A DNA stretch of 64,000 nt from Clostridia bacterium (GCA_040772725.1 JAXGXR010000002.1:559217-623216), one strand, 5' to 3'. Shown: positions 25,310 to 36,219, counted from the stretch's first letter. Numbers and translations are program-made. Notes: generated by a model not told the origin, from the letters alone.

Positions 25310-26691
25310 ACATGTTCAACAAAATCCTGATAGCCAATCGGGGAGAAATCGCCGTCACGATCATCCGGGCCTGCCGCGACATGGGGATCCGTACGGTGGC
25401 CATCTGCTCGGAAGCCGACCGCAAGGCGCTGCACACGCAGCTGGCGGACGAATGCCTCTGCATTGGGCCGGCCGCGTCGCGAGACAGTTATCTGAACGCG
25501 CAGGCGATCCTGACGGCGTGCACGATCACCGGCGCCGAAGCGATCCATCCGGGATTCGGCTTTTTATCGGAGAATGCTGCTTTCGCGCGGATGTGTGAGA
25601 AATGCGGCATCCAGTTCATCGGTCCCAAACCGGAGACGATCGAGCGGATGGGCGACAAGGCGACTGCCCGGAAAACGGCCATGGAGGCCGGTGTCCCGGT
25701 CATTCCGGGATCGCCGGATGTGGTCGCCGACCTGGCTGAAGCGTTCAAGGCTTCCGAGAAGATCGGCTATCCAGTCCTGGTCAAGGCCTCTGCCGGCGGC
25801 GGTGGCCGAGGCATGCGCATCGCCATGGTACCGGATGATCTGCCGGGGGCGTTGTCGACCGCCAAGGCGGAAGCCCGAGCCTGTTTCGGCGACGACCGTG
25901 TGTATCTGGAACGCTTTGTCAAAAACCCGCGGCACGTTGAAATCCAGTTGATGGCGGACCGGCACGGTCAGGTTGTCCATCTGGGCGATCGGGACTGCTC
26001 GATCCAGCGGCGCAACCAGAAGATCCTTGAGGAGGCCTTGTCGCCGATCAGTGACGTGGAACTTCGCGACCGGATGGGGACAGCCGCCACTCGCCTGGCT
26101 TCGTCGGTCGGATATGAAGGAGCCGGCACGATCGAATTTCTGGTCGACCAGGACAAGAACTTCTATTTCATGGAAATGAACACCCGGATCCAGGTCGAGC
26201 ACCCGGTGACCGAAGCGATCACGGGCATCAACCTGATCCAGGAACAGATCCGGGTGGCCGCGGGCGAACCCTTGTCATTCACCCAGCAGGACATTGATTT
26301 CAAGGGCCACTCGATTGAGTGCCGCATCAACGCGGAAGATCCCCGGCACGGCTTCAGACCTTCACCAGGCACGATCACAGCCCTGCATCTGCCAGGAGGG
26401 CCCGGGGTGCGCGTCGACAGTGCGATTTACCAGGGTTACACGATCCCGCCGGACTATGACTCCCTGATTGCCAAACTGATCGTGTACGCTCCGGACCGGC
26501 CTCGGGCGATCGCCCGGATGCGCCGGGCCTTGATGGAGTTTCTGATCACCGGTGTGGAAACCAACATCGACTTTCACCTGGCGATCCTTCGGGAGGCCGA
26601 TTTCATCGCCGGCGACTACCATATTGGCTATCTTGGCCAGAAGACAGAACAGCTGCTGGCGCAATGCGCCCCCAGCGAGGCATCTGAGTAA
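25306..26691 (+). CDS. accC: Biotin carboxylase subunit of acetyl-CoA carboxylase
   Basis: Contains ILIANRGEIAVTIIRAC, the ATP-grasp motif KASAGGGGRGMR, and EMNTRIQVEHPVTE. Confidence 0.9.
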   Translation: MNMFNKILIANRGEIAVTIIRACRDMGIRTVAICSEADRKALHTQLADECLCIGPAASRDSYLNAQAILTACTITGAEAIHPGFGFLSENAAFARMCEKCGIQFIGPKPETIERMGDKATARKTAMEAGVPVIPGSPDVVADLAEAFKASEKIGYPVLVKASAGGGGRGMRIAMVPDDLPGALSTAKAEARACFGDDRVYLERFVKNPRHVEIQLMADRHGQVVHLGDRDCSIQRRNQKILEEALSPISDVELRDRMGTAATRLASSVGYEGAGTIEFLVDQDKNFYFMEMNTRIQVEHPVTEAITGINLIQEQIRVAAGEPLSFTQQDIDFKGHSIECRINAEDPRHGFRPSPGTITALHLPGGPGVRVDSAIYQGYTIPPDYDSLIAKLIVYAPDRPRAIARMRRALMEFLITGVETNIDFHLAILREADFIAGDYHIGYLGQKTEQLLAQCAPSEASE

Positions 26692-26703
26692 GGAGGCTGA
26701 AGG

Positions 26704-28482
26704 ATGGTTGTCGACACATTACGCGCCATGCGGGAACGGCTGGAAGCGGAAGCACGCTTCACACGGCCGCAGACCATTGAAAGCCATGACATCCAGGACA
26801 TTACCACGGAAAGCCGGCCGATACCGGATGACCTGTGGGTACGCTGCCCGCGCTGCGGGACAGCCATGTTCCGCGATGATTTTCTGAAGGCGGCATCGAT
26901 ATGCACCCATTGCGGTTACCACGACCGGCTGCCTGCCCGTGCCAGGCTCGACCTGGTTGTCGATCCCGGCTCCAGTGAAGAGCTGGATGCTGACCTGTTC
27001 AGTGAGAATCCGATTGATTTCCCCGGCTATCCGGAAAAGGTCGCCAAGCTTTCAACCCAGACCGGGCTCAAGGACGCCGTCGTCTGTGTCCGCGCGGCGA
27101 TCGGTGGCATGGCCTGCATGATGGCGGCGATGGACAGCCGTTTCCTCATGGGGTCCATGGGGTCGGTTGTCGGAGAAAAGATCACCCGGCTTTTTGAGCG
27201 CGCGACAAAGGAGCGTCTGCCGGTGATCGTGTTTTCCTGCTCGGGCGGTGCCCGCATGCAGGAGGGGATCGTATCCTTGATGCAGATGGCCAAGACCGCC
27301 GCGGCCTGCGGACGGCACCACGAGGCAGGGCTTTTGTACATCTCGGTCCTCACCGACCCGACGACCGGTGGCGTGACGGCCAGCTTTGCCAGCCTGGGGG
27401 ACATCCTGATTTCGGAACCCGGCACGCTGATCGGATTTGCCGGAAGAAGGGTCATAGAGGACACGATCGCCCAGGAACTGCCGTCCGGCTTCCAGAAAGC
27501 GGAATTTTTACTCGAACACGGATTTCTGGACCTGATTGTGCCCAGGAGCCGGATGCGGGAAACCCTCCGCGACCTGCTGGCCCTGCACCAGCCCCCGGCC
27601 ATGCCAGCCCCGGGAAACGCATTGCCTGCCATGCCCCCGGCACGGCTGCCTTTGCGATCGGATGAGAATGGGGAAAGTGTTTTTCACACGGCAGAGGAAT
27701 GTCTGGATCTCATTCGCCAGAAAGGCCGTCCGGTCATCGGGGATTATTTGCCCCTGGTCTTTGACCAGGCCATTGAACTGCATGGCGACCGGCTTTATCG
27801 GGAAGACCCGGCCCTGTACGGCGGGATTGGTCGACTCGATGGGCAGCCGGTCACGATTATCGCGCATCGCAAAGGACGCACGCTGGATGAAAACACGCGA
27901 GCCAATTTCGGGATGCCCCATCCCGAAGGCTATCGGAAAGCCATGCGGCTCATGCGCCAGGCGGAAAAATTCGGCCGTCCGGTGATCTGCTTCATCGACA
28001 CGGCCGGCGCCTACTGCGGTGTCGGGGCGGAGGAGCGCGGGCAGGGCGAGGCGATCGCGCGCAACCTGATGGACATGATGTCCCTGAAGGTCCCGGTGGT
28101 TGCCATCGTCATGGGCGAAGGTGGCAGCGGCGGAGCCTTGGCGATTGGCGTGGCCGATGAACTGGCCATGCTGAGCAACACGATCTACTCGGTCATATCG
28201 CCGAGAGGATTTGCCTCCATCCTATGGAAAGACCCGCAAAGGGAACGGGAGGCTGCCAATCTGCTGAAGATCACCGCCAGGGACCTGAAACGCCTGGGTG
28301 TCTGCGACACGATCCTGATGGAACCGGAGGGCGGAGCCCATCTCGACTTGACAGCCATGGCGGCATCCATTCGCCAGTATCTGACCACCGCAGTCGAGCG
28401 AGTCGGCCGGAGCGGGGCGGATGAACTGCTTGAGAACCGCTATCAGCGCTTCCGCCGCATCGGGATGTACCACGAATCCTGA
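26704..28482 (+). CDS. accD-accA: Acetyl-CoA carboxylase carboxyltransferase, beta (AccD) and alpha (AccA) fused in one 592-aa polypeptide
   Basis: The N-terminal Zn ribbon is CPRCGTAMF..CTHCGYH and an AccD core follows. A Pro/Ala-rich linker intervenes. The AccA motif FIDTAGAYCGVGAEERGQGEAIARNL lies in the C-terminal part. A terminator is at 28502..28542. Confidence 0.85.
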   Translation: MVVDTLRAMRERLEAEARFTRPQTIESHDIQDITTESRPIPDDLWVRCPRCGTAMFRDDFLKAASICTHCGYHDRLPARARLDLVVDPGSSEELDADLFSENPIDFPGYPEKVAKLSTQTGLKDAVVCVRAAIGGMACMMAAMDSRFLMGSMGSVVGEKITRLFERATKERLPVIVFSCSGGARMQEGIVSLMQMAKTAAACGRHHEAGLLYISVLTDPTTGGVTASFASLGDILISEPGTLIGFAGRRVIEDTIAQELPSGFQKAEFLLEHGFLDLIVPRSRMRETLRDLLALHQPPAMPAPGNALPAMPPARLPLRSDENGESVFHTAEECLDLIRQKGRPVIGDYLPLVFDQAIELHGDRLYREDPALYGGIGRLDGQPVTIIAHRKGRTLDENTRANFGMPHPEGYRKAMRLMRQAEKFGRPVICFIDTAGAYCGVGAEERGQGEAIARNLMDMMSLKVPVVAIVMGEGGSGGALAIGVADELAMLSNTIYSVISPRGFASILWKDPQREREAANLLKITARDLKRLGVCDTILMEPEGGAHLDLTAMAASIRQYLTTAVERVGRSGADELLENRYQRFRRIGMYHES

Positions 28483-28604
28483 TCCAAGGAAAACGACAAT
28501 CAACCGACTGCGGTGATCAAGACGGTCCGTGGTCGGTTTTTTGCTGTGCTCGTCAGATTGCATGCATGCTGGAAAGAGGGTAAACTGCTAGGAGTCAAGA
28601 CTTC

Positions 28605-29900
28605 ATGAAAGTTGGGGCAAGAACGATGACAACCACGAATGACCGCTTCCGAGAGACCCTTTCCCGCGGCTATTTCACCCATAACCGGCTGACGTTTGCC
28701 GAATCACTTCCGCAGCCCGCTGCGGCTGTGTTTTTCGCAGGACTTGCGCCACATAAGACAGCCGATGAAAACTACCCGTTTTTTGCCAACCGGAATTTCT
28801 TCTACCTATGCGGCATCGAGCAGGAGGAAAGCGCCCTTCTGATCGAAAAATCCGCTGATGGCATCCGGTCAACGCTTTTCATCCGGCCTCGCGAGGCGAT
28901 GGCAGAGCGTTGGACAGGCCGTCGTCTGAGCCAGGAAGAAGCCCGTGAACGATCAGGTGTCGATGAGGTGCTGTCCCTTGAGAACCTTCAGCTTCGTCTG
29001 GACCAGGTTTTCGTGTCGCCGGACATCTGCCTGGCCCTGGACCAGAAAGCGCAGGACGCTGCCGCGCAGGCCTTCAGGAAAATGGCGACTGAGAAGTGGC
29101 CCGGACTCGAGATCAAGGATGTCTCGTCAAAGCTGATCCAGACGCGCATGGTCAAGCAGGCGGAAGAAATCGAGTTGATCCGCCGGGCAGTCGAATTGAC
29201 GCACGAAGGCTGTGAAGCGATCATGAAGTCGATCCGGCCGGGGGCCTTTGAGTACCAGGTCTGGGGCGCTTTCCAGCGCGCGCTTGATGAGCATGGCTGT
29301 CTGACCACCGCGTTCCCCTCGATCGTCGCGACCGGTGAGAACGCCTTTTGCCTTCATTACATGACCCCTTTCAGCCAGATCGCGGATGGGGATCTTGTCC
29401 TGGTCGATGTCGGTGCGACAGTTGGCGGACTGAACGCGGACATTTCCAGAGTCTATCCTGCCACCGGACGGTTTTCAGATCGGCAGCGCCAGATCTATCA
29501 ATTGGTGCGCGAATGCCAGGAGACGGCGTTCGCGGCGATCCAGCCGGGTCTTCAAATCAAGGAGATCAACGAGGCATGCAAAGAGACGGCGCGAAAAGGA
29601 CTGGTCGCCCTGGGCATCCTGCCCGAGGACGGTTCTGCTTCGGACTATTATTGGCACAATGTGTCGCACCACCTGGGGCTGGATGTCCACGATCCGGCTG
29701 ACCGGGAAGCGCCATTGGTGCCCGGCATGGTCCTGACCGTCGAGCCGGGCGTCTATGTGCCTGAATGGGGTGTCGGAATCCGGATCGAGGACGATGTGGT
29801 TGTGACGGACCGGGGCTGTGAACTGCTGTCCCCGCAGATTCCCCGGGAATTCTGGGAAATCGAGGATCTGATGGGACGGTTCCATTCAATTGACAGGTGA
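28605..29900 (+). CDS. M24-family Xaa-Pro aminopeptidase
   Basis: Metal-ligand motifs LVDVGA..ADISR, HHLGLDVHD, TVEPGVY and IRIEDDV are present. Confidence 0.85.
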   Translation: MKVGARTMTTTNDRFRETLSRGYFTHNRLTFAESLPQPAAAVFFAGLAPHKTADENYPFFANRNFFYLCGIEQEESALLIEKSADGIRSTLFIRPREAMAERWTGRRLSQEEARERSGVDEVLSLENLQLRLDQVFVSPDICLALDQKAQDAAAQAFRKMATEKWPGLEIKDVSSKLIQTRMVKQAEEIELIRRAVELTHEGCEAIMKSIRPGAFEYQVWGAFQRALDEHGCLTTAFPSIVATGENAFCLHYMTPFSQIADGDLVLVDVGATVGGLNADISRVYPATGRFSDRQRQIYQLVRECQETAFAAIQPGLQIKEINEACKETARKGLVALGILPEDGSASDYYWHNVSHHLGLDVHDPADREAPLVPGMVLTVEPGVYVPEWGVGIRIEDDVVVTDRGCELLSPQIPREFWEIEDLMGRFHSIDR

Positions 29901-30033
29901 CAGTCAAGTATTTAGAATATCATCTAACATTTCTGGCCTCGAAGCGTCAGTCCCGCAGTGGATGCGGCATCCTGAAGGCCAATGACCACCATTTTCCAGG
30001 TGAATGGGAATCACCCATGACAAGGGGGAACGT

Positions 30034-31641
30034 ATGGCGACCAAGTTCATATTTGTGACCGGAGGCGTTGTTTCCGGCCTCGGCAAGGGCATCACGGCAG
30101 CAGCGATCGGGCGGCTTCTGAAAGCGAGAGGTCTTCGGGTCCGCAACCAGAAGTTCGACCCGTACATCAACGTCGATCCGGGCCTGATGAGTCCAACCCA
30201 GCATGGAGAGGTGTTCATCACAGAAGATGGCGCGGAGACGGATCTGGACATTGGTCATTATGAGCGTTTCACCGATGAGAACCTGGACATCGAAAGCGAC
30301 ATCACGACCGGCATGATTTACCGGGACGTCATCGCGCGAGAGCGGGAGGGCGGCTATCAAGGCACGACCGTGCAGGTTGTCCCCCATATCATCAATGAGA
30401 TCAAGGAACACCTGTTCCGGCTTTCCGGGCCGGAGGGGCCGGATGTGGTCATCACCGAGATTGGCGGCACCATCGGCGACATGGAAAGCCAGCCCTATAT
30501 CGAAGCCATCCGCCAGGCGAGCTACCAGGTCGGCCGGGAAAACGTGCTCTTCGTGCATGTGACACTGATCCCCTACCTGCGCAAGGCCGGCGAGATCAAG
30601 ACAAAGCCGACCCAGCACAGTGTCCGGACCCTGCTGTCGCTCGGGATCCAGCCGGACATCCTAGTCTGCCGTTCGGAAGTGCCGATCGACACCGGTGTCA
30701 AGAACAAGATCGCCCTTTACTGCAACATCCCGCAGGACTGTGTCATCGAGAATCTCGATGTCGACACGGTCTACGAACTGCCCTTGCGGTTCGAGGCGGA
30801 AGGACTGGCCCGGGTCATCTGCCGCAAGCTTCGGATCGCTGAAGGTGTCGAGCCGGACCTTGCGGACTGGACGCGCATCGTCGACAAATTCCAGAAGGCC
30901 CGCCGCAAACTCGATATCGCGATCGTCGGCAAGTATGTCTCGCTGCACGACGCGTACCTGAGCGTTGCGGAAGCGCTTCGCCATGCGGCCATCCACGCCG
31001 ACATTTCCGTTTCCATCCGCTACGTCAGTTCAGAGGACATCGAGGACAAAGGCCCCGGTGCATTGCTGGAGACGGCCGACGCGATCCTGGTGCCCGGCGG
31101 CTTCGGTCCGCGCGGCATGGACGGGATGGTGACCACGGCCCGCTACGCGCGTGAAAAAGGCGTCCCGTTCATGGGCATCGGACTGGGCATGCAGATGGCT
31201 GTCGTTGACGCGGCCAGGCTCGGGGGTATCGCCAACGCCCACTCGTCAGAATACGAAGGCCATTGCGCACCGGTCTTCTCCATGCCGGAAAACGGCTCCG
31301 ACCCCAATGTCCGGCCCATGTGCGGTGGCGCAAAGGATTGTGCCCTCACACCGGGCTCACGGCTGTATGACATATACGGCAAACCGGTCATTTCGGAAAG
31401 ACATCATCATCGTTGGATGTTTGACATGAATTACCGTGAGGCTGTCGAAAAAGTCGGCCTTGTGCTGAGCGGACTGTCGCTGGATGGCAATGAACTGCAG
31501 GCGGTCGAACTCAAGGGCCATCCGTTCTTCATCGGCGTCATCTTCCATCCCGAATTCAAATCCAGGCCGACCCGTCCGCACCCCCTGTTCCTGGCCCTCA
31601 TCGACGCGGTTGCCCTTCACAAGTTCAAAGACATCGGATGA
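30034..31641 (+). CDS. pyrG: CTP synthase
   Basis: Contains KFIFVTGGVVSGLGKGI and the glutamine amidotransferase domain GFGPRG...MGIGLGMQ. Confidence 0.92.
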   Translation: MATKFIFVTGGVVSGLGKGITAAAIGRLLKARGLRVRNQKFDPYINVDPGLMSPTQHGEVFITEDGAETDLDIGHYERFTDENLDIESDITTGMIYRDVIAREREGGYQGTTVQVVPHIINEIKEHLFRLSGPEGPDVVITEIGGTIGDMESQPYIEAIRQASYQVGRENVLFVHVTLIPYLRKAGEIKTKPTQHSVRTLLSLGIQPDILVCRSEVPIDTGVKNKIALYCNIPQDCVIENLDVDTVYELPLRFEAEGLARVICRKLRIAEGVEPDLADWTRIVDKFQKARRKLDIAIVGKYVSLHDAYLSVAEALRHAAIHADISVSIRYVSSEDIEDKGPGALLETADAILVPGGFGPRGMDGMVTTARYAREKGVPFMGIGLGMQMAVVDAARLGGIANAHSSEYEGHCAPVFSMPENGSDPNVRPMCGGAKDCALTPGSRLYDIYGKPVISERHHHRWMFDMNYREAVEKVGLVLSGLSLDGNELQAVELKGHPFFIGVIFHPEFKSRPTRPHPLFLALIDAVALHKFKDIG

Positions 31642-31659
31642 TACATGGGAGGATGATAT

Positions 31660-33168
31660 ATGCCAGTCATTTTTGACAACGAATCCAGGACCTTCAGTGA
31701 ATACCTGCTGATTCCGAACCTGACGGAGCGGGATTGTGTCCCGGCCCGGGTCGACCTCTCGACTGCCATTGTCCGGTACCGGAAGGGCGAAGAGGAAAGC
31801 CGCATGCGCATCAACATACCGATCGTCTCCGCCATCATGCAGGCGGTTTCAGACAGTGGCATGGCCATCGCCCTGGCCCGCAGCGGCGGTCTTTCCTTCA
31901 TTTTCGCCTCGCAGTCGATCGACAGCCAGGTGGAAATGGTGCGCAAGGTCAAGAAATACAAGGCCGGGCTGGTCACCAGCGACTCCAACCTGAAGCCGGA
32001 TGCCACGCTGTCCGACGTCCTGGCCCTCAAGAAAAAGACCGGCCATTCGACGATCGCGATCACGGACGATGGCACATCGGCCGGCAAGCTGCTCGGCATC
32101 GTCACCAGCCGGGACTACCGGATCAGCCGGACGGATCTTTCCACTCCGGTGAAGGAGTTCATGACCCCGTTTGATCATCTTGTCTTCGCCCGGGAGGGCA
32201 TCACGCTGACCGAAGCCAACGATGTCATCTGGGATCACAAACTGAATCAGCTGCCGATCGTCACACAGGACGACCGCCTGGTCGGCATGGTGTTCCGGAA
32301 GGACTATGATGAGCACAAGGAGAACCCGGAGGAACTGCTCGACCAGGACAAGCGCCTGATGGTCGGCGCCGGCATCAACACCAGGGACTACGAACAGCGT
32401 GTCCCTGCCCTGCTGGAAGCCGGAGCGGACATCCTGTGCGTCGACTCATCGGATGGATTCAGCGAATGGCAGGCCGATACCCTGCGTTGGATCCGAGATG
32501 TGTATGGTGACAAAGTGATGGTTGGCGCTGGCAATGTCGTTGACGCCGAAGGCTTCCGATTCCTGGTCCGGGCCGGCGCCGATTTTGTCAAAGTCGGCAT
32601 CGGCGGTGGTTCGATCTGCATCACCCGCGAGCAGAAAGGCATCGGCACCGGCCAGGCTTCCGCAGTTCTCGCGGTTGCCGCCGCTCGCGACGAATATTAT
32701 CGTGAAACGGGCATCTACGTCCCGATCTGCTCCGATGGGGGCATTGTCTATGACTATCACATGACCATGGCTTTGGCCATGGGTGCTGATTTCATCATGC
32801 TGGGCCGGTATTTCGCCCGATTTGATGAAAGTCCGACCCGCAAGCTGCTGGTGAATGGCACCTATGTCAAGGAGTACTGGGGTGAGGGCTCGAACCGGGC
32901 CCGCAACTGGCAGCGGTACGACGACGGGACTGAGGCCGGCCGCATGGCCTTTGAGGAGGGTGTCGATTCATATGTCCCGTATGCCGGCAAGCTGAAGGAC
33001 AATCTCGACACGTCGCTTGCCAAGATCAAGTCCACCATGTGCGCCTGCGGCAGCCTGAGCATCGAGGAACTGCAGCAGAAAGCCCGTCTGGTGGTCGTTT
33101 CCGCGACAAGCATTGTCGAGGGCGGCGCCCATGATGTCATCCAGAAGGAAAGTGAACGACGTCCATGA
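31660..33168 (+). CDS. guaB: IMP dehydrogenase-family protein with a CBS pair
   Basis: The TIM-barrel motif [27 protein letters not shown] and ICSDGGI are present. A CBS-like insert covers aa ~100-220. The catalytic-loop sequence deviates from the canonical GIGPGSICTTR. Confidence 0.7.
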   Translation: MPVIFDNESRTFSEYLLIPNLTERDCVPARVDLSTAIVRYRKGEEESRMRINIPIVSAIMQAVSDSGMAIALARSGGLSFIFASQSIDSQVEMVRKVKKYKAGLVTSDSNLKPDATLSDVLALKKKTGHSTIAITDDGTSAGKLLGIVTSRDYRISRTDLSTPVKEFMTPFDHLVFAREGITLTEANDVIWDHKLNQLPIVTQDDRLVGMVFRKDYDEHKENPEELLDQDKRLMVGAGINTRDYEQRVPALLEAGADILCVDSSDGFSEWQADTLRWIRDVYGDKVMVGAGNVVDAEGFRFLVRAGADFVKVGIGGGSICITREQKGIGTGQASAVLAVAAARDEYYRETGIYVPICSDGGIVYDYHMTMALAMGADFIMLGRYFARFDESPTRKLLVNGTYVKEYWGEGSNRARNWQRYDDGTEAGRMAFEEGVDSYVPYAGKLKDNLDTSLAKIKSTMCACGSLSIEELQQKARLVVVSATSIVEGGAHDVIQKESERRP

Positions 33169-33218
33169 CCCCGGCCGGAAACCGGCTTTCAGGCAGGACG
33201 CGATGAAAGGAGACCCCA

Positions 33219-33701
33219 ATGGCCAAGGAAATTTATGAAATGACCTATGACGGCATCAAGAAATACCAGGAGGAGCTGGAAAACCGGAAAACCAATATCG
33301 CCTCCGAGATTTCGGAACGGCTCAAGGAGGCCAGGGCGCTCGGCGACCTGTCCGAGAACTCGGAGTATGATGACGCGAAAAACGCCCAGGCGGAAAATGA
33401 AGCCCGCATCATGGAGATCGAGGCGATTCTGAAGAACGCCAAGGTGATCGACGAAGATGAGATCAGCAAGACCAAGGTGTCGCTCGGATCCCTCGTCAAG
33501 CTCCGCGACGAGGAAACCCGCGAAGAGATGGAGTTCACCCTGGTCAGCGCCAAGGAAGAAGATATCTTCAACAACAAGATTTCGAGCGATTCACCGGTTG
33601 GCGCCGCGATCATCGGCAAGAAACGCGCTCAAGTCGTCGACGTGAAAACGCCGGCCGGCATCCTGAAGTACAAGATCGTCAAGATCGACAAACCGTCCTG
33701 A
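33219..33701 (+). CDS. greA: Transcription elongation factor GreA
   Basis: Contains ARALGDLSENSEYDDAKNAQA. The 160-aa length fits GreA. A terminator is at 33727..33767. Confidence 0.9.
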   Translation: MAKEIYEMTYDGIKKYQEELENRKTNIASEISERLKEARALGDLSENSEYDDAKNAQAENEARIMEIEAILKNAKVIDEDEISKTKVSLGSLVKLRDEETREEMEFTLVSAKEEDIFNNKISSDSPVGAAIIGKKRAQVVDVKTPAGILKYKIVKIDKPS

Positions 33702-33783
33702 CGGTTTCAGACGAGATAACGAGGGCAGGCACCGGAGCATGATGGATGGCTGCGGTGCCTTGCTTTGATGAAAGGGACCTGAC

Positions 33784-35307
33784 ATGAAAGAATCCGGACA
33801 AAATGGGCCGATTGACACGGCCGGTGCGGTCGACCAGAATGTCGACCAGATGAACGAACAGATGAGGATCCGCCTTGGCAAACTGACCGAGTTGAGAGAG
33901 ACAGACGGGGATCCATTTGAACAGGTGAAATTCCCCGTAACGGCACATAGTGCGGACATCATCGACCGGTTCGAGGAACTGGAGGGCACCACCGTTTCCG
34001 TGGCGGGCCGTCTGATGAGCAAACGGGGCATGGGCAAGGTCAGTTTCTGCGATCTGGCCGACCGAAGGGGCAAGATTCAATTGTTCACCCGCATCGATGA
34101 AATCGGACCGGAGGCATATGAACAATGGCAGCGCCTCGACCTGGGCGACTTGGTCGGTGTGACCGGCGATGTTTACCGGACCCAGCGAGGCGAGATTTCC
34201 GTACGGACGAAGGCTTATACCCTGCTGGCCAAGGCTCTGCGGCCGCTTCCCGAGAAATATCACGGGCTGAAGGACACGGATACCCGTTATCGCCAGCGTT
34301 ATCTGGACTTGATCGTCAACCCGGAAGTCAAAGAGACTTTTGAAAAACGCAGCCTGATCATCCGCACGATCCGCAATGTGCTGGAAGAGCAGGGGTTCAT
34401 TGAAGTCGAAACACCGATCCTGAACCAGATTCCGGGCGGCGCGACCGCTCGACCGTTTGTCACGCACCATAACGCGCTGGACATCGACCTGTTTCTGCGC
34501 ATCGCGCCCGAGTTGTATCTGAAGCGCCTGATTGTGGGCGGATTTGAGCGCGTATTCGAAATTGGCCGTCAGTTCCGCAATGAAGGGCTTTCGATCAAGC
34601 ACAATCCGGAATTCACACTCCTGGAAGCCTATCAGGCTTACACAGATTATCACGGCATGATGGACCTGACCGAAAAGCTCATTGAAACCGCTGCCCTGGC
34701 GGTCAATAAAACGACCCGGACCACTTTCCAGGGAATTGACATCGATCTGACACCGCCATTTACCCGCCTGACCATGGTGGAGGCAGTCAGACTCCACGCC
34801 GGTATTGATTTTGCCTTGATTGAAACGGATGAACAGGCGCGTGAGGCCGCCCGGGCCAGGAATCTGCCCGATTTCAAGCCTGCAATGACGAGGGGGGAGA
34901 TCCTCAATCTGTTCTTTGAAGCCGATTGTGAGGAGAAACTGGTCCAGCCAACCTTCATCTATGACTACCCGATCGAGATCTCGCCGCTGACCAAGAAAAA
35001 ACCCGGCAGCAATGGATTGACCGAGCGGTTCGAGCTGTTCATCAACGGGCGTGAATATGCCAATGCCTATTCTGAACTCAACGATCCGATCGATCAGCGC
35101 GAACGCTTCGCCGCCCAGCTCAAGAAAAGGGAGGCCGGTGACGAAGAGGCCAATCTGCTGGATGAAGATTTCTGCGCGTCACTGGAATATGGCATGCCGC
35201 CAACCGGTGGCATGGGCATGGGTATCGACCGGCTGGTGATGCTGCTGACCGACCAGAACTCGATCCGGGATGTGCTCCTGTTCCCGACCATGAAGCCGAT
35301 CCGATAG
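33784..35307 (+). CDS. lysS: Lysine--tRNA ligase (class II)
   Basis: Contains YRQRYLDLI, FIEVETPIL and FRNEGLSIKHNPEFTLLE, plus the C-terminal GMGIDRLVMLLT. Confidence 0.92.
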   Translation: MKESGQNGPIDTAGAVDQNVDQMNEQMRIRLGKLTELRETDGDPFEQVKFPVTAHSADIIDRFEELEGTTVSVAGRLMSKRGMGKVSFCDLADRRGKIQLFTRIDEIGPEAYEQWQRLDLGDLVGVTGDVYRTQRGEISVRTKAYTLLAKALRPLPEKYHGLKDTDTRYRQRYLDLIVNPEVKETFEKRSLIIRTIRNVLEEQGFIEVETPILNQIPGGATARPFVTHHNALDIDLFLRIAPELYLKRLIVGGFERVFEIGRQFRNEGLSIKHNPEFTLLEAYQAYTDYHGMMDLTEKLIETAALAVNKTTRTTFQGIDIDLTPPFTRLTMVEAVRLHAGIDFALIETDEQAREAARARNLPDFKPAMTRGEILNLFFEADCEEKLVQPTFIYDYPIEISPLTKKKPGSNGLTERFELFINGREYANAYSELNDPIDQRERFAAQLKKREAGDEEANLLDEDFCASLEYGMPPTGGMGMGIDRLVMLLTDQNSIRDVLLFPTMKPIR

Positions 35308-35319
35308 CGGTTCACCGCT

Positions 35320-36051
35320 TCAGCGGGGCCTTGCCAGCTTCACAGCCGCATATAGCGCGTCCACCTCCTGATCGCTGAGTTCGCGAATGCCGCCGACACC
35401 AATTGACGGGTCGATGGAGACCGGACCAATCGACAGGCGGCGAAGGGCGGTGACCGTTCGACCGGTTGCCGCCATCATGCGCTTGACCTGATGGAACTTG
35501 CCTTCGTGGATGGTCAGAAGGGCATGGTCTGCGGCCAGGATGCAGATGGTGGCCGGCTTGCATTCGAGACCGTCCGGCAGAACCAATCCGGCAGCAAAAA
35601 CCGCCGGATCCCGATCCGCATGAAAAGGATTGCCCGTTATGCGGACATCGTACACTTTGTCGGTGCCGTAACGAGGGCTTGCCAGTCGATGGCCCAGCGT
35701 TCCTTCATTGGTCAGGATCATCAGGCCTGTCGTGTCCCGATCGAGGCGTCCAACCGGGAAAAGCCCGGCATGGACGTATTTTTCCGGTATCAGTTCCGCG
35801 ATCGTCCGATGTCTTGGATCGTCCATCGCCGTAATCAGCCCCTCGGGCTTGTCCATCATCAGGTAATGAAACCGCTGGATAGGCGCAGGCCTGCCGCTGA
35901 GACCAATCCGGGACCAGTCCTCATCGCGTACATCATGCGCCGGGTCATGAATGATCTGATCATCCAAAGTGACCCGTCCTTTGCGAATGAGGTCCTTGAC
36001 CTCACTCCTCGAACCATATCCGGAATTTGCCAGCAGTCGATCCAGTCGCAT
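35320..36051 (-). CDS. RsuA/RluB-family pseudouridine synthase with an S4 domain
   Basis: The likely start is MRLDRLLANSGYGSRSEVKDLIRKGRV (S4 domain). The catalytic motif is GRLDRDTTGLMILT. Confidence 0.85.
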   Translation of the reverse strand: MRLDRLLANSGYGSRSEVKDLIRKGRVTLDDQIIHDPAHDVRDEDWSRIGLSGRPAPIQRFHYLMMDKPEGLITAMDDPRHRTIAELIPEKYVHAGLFPVGRLDRDTTGLMILTNEGTLGHRLASPRYGTDKVYDVRITGNPFHADRDPAVFAAGLVLPDGLECKPATICILAADHALLTIHEGKFHQVKRMMAATGRTVTALRRLSIGPVSIDPSIGVGGIRELSDQEVDALYAAVKLARPR

Positions 36052-36219
36052 GAAGCCATTATAGCCAATTGGAGCCTGTTCCGAAATCCCGCTCACACTG
36101 ACGCTGTCACGATCTGTGCACGACAACTGTCATGAGTTTCCAAATTGTGCTAGAATGAAAAGTGATCATTTTCCCATAAATGGCGTCATATCAAGACATT
36201 TCAAGAAAGCGGGGCGCAC

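Noticed and set aside
29901-30033. A possible attenuator or riboswitch in the pyrG leader (hairpin CCGCA-gtgga-TGCGG).
   Set aside because: The stem is only 5 bp and is not followed by a T-run. No recognisable riboswitch core is present.
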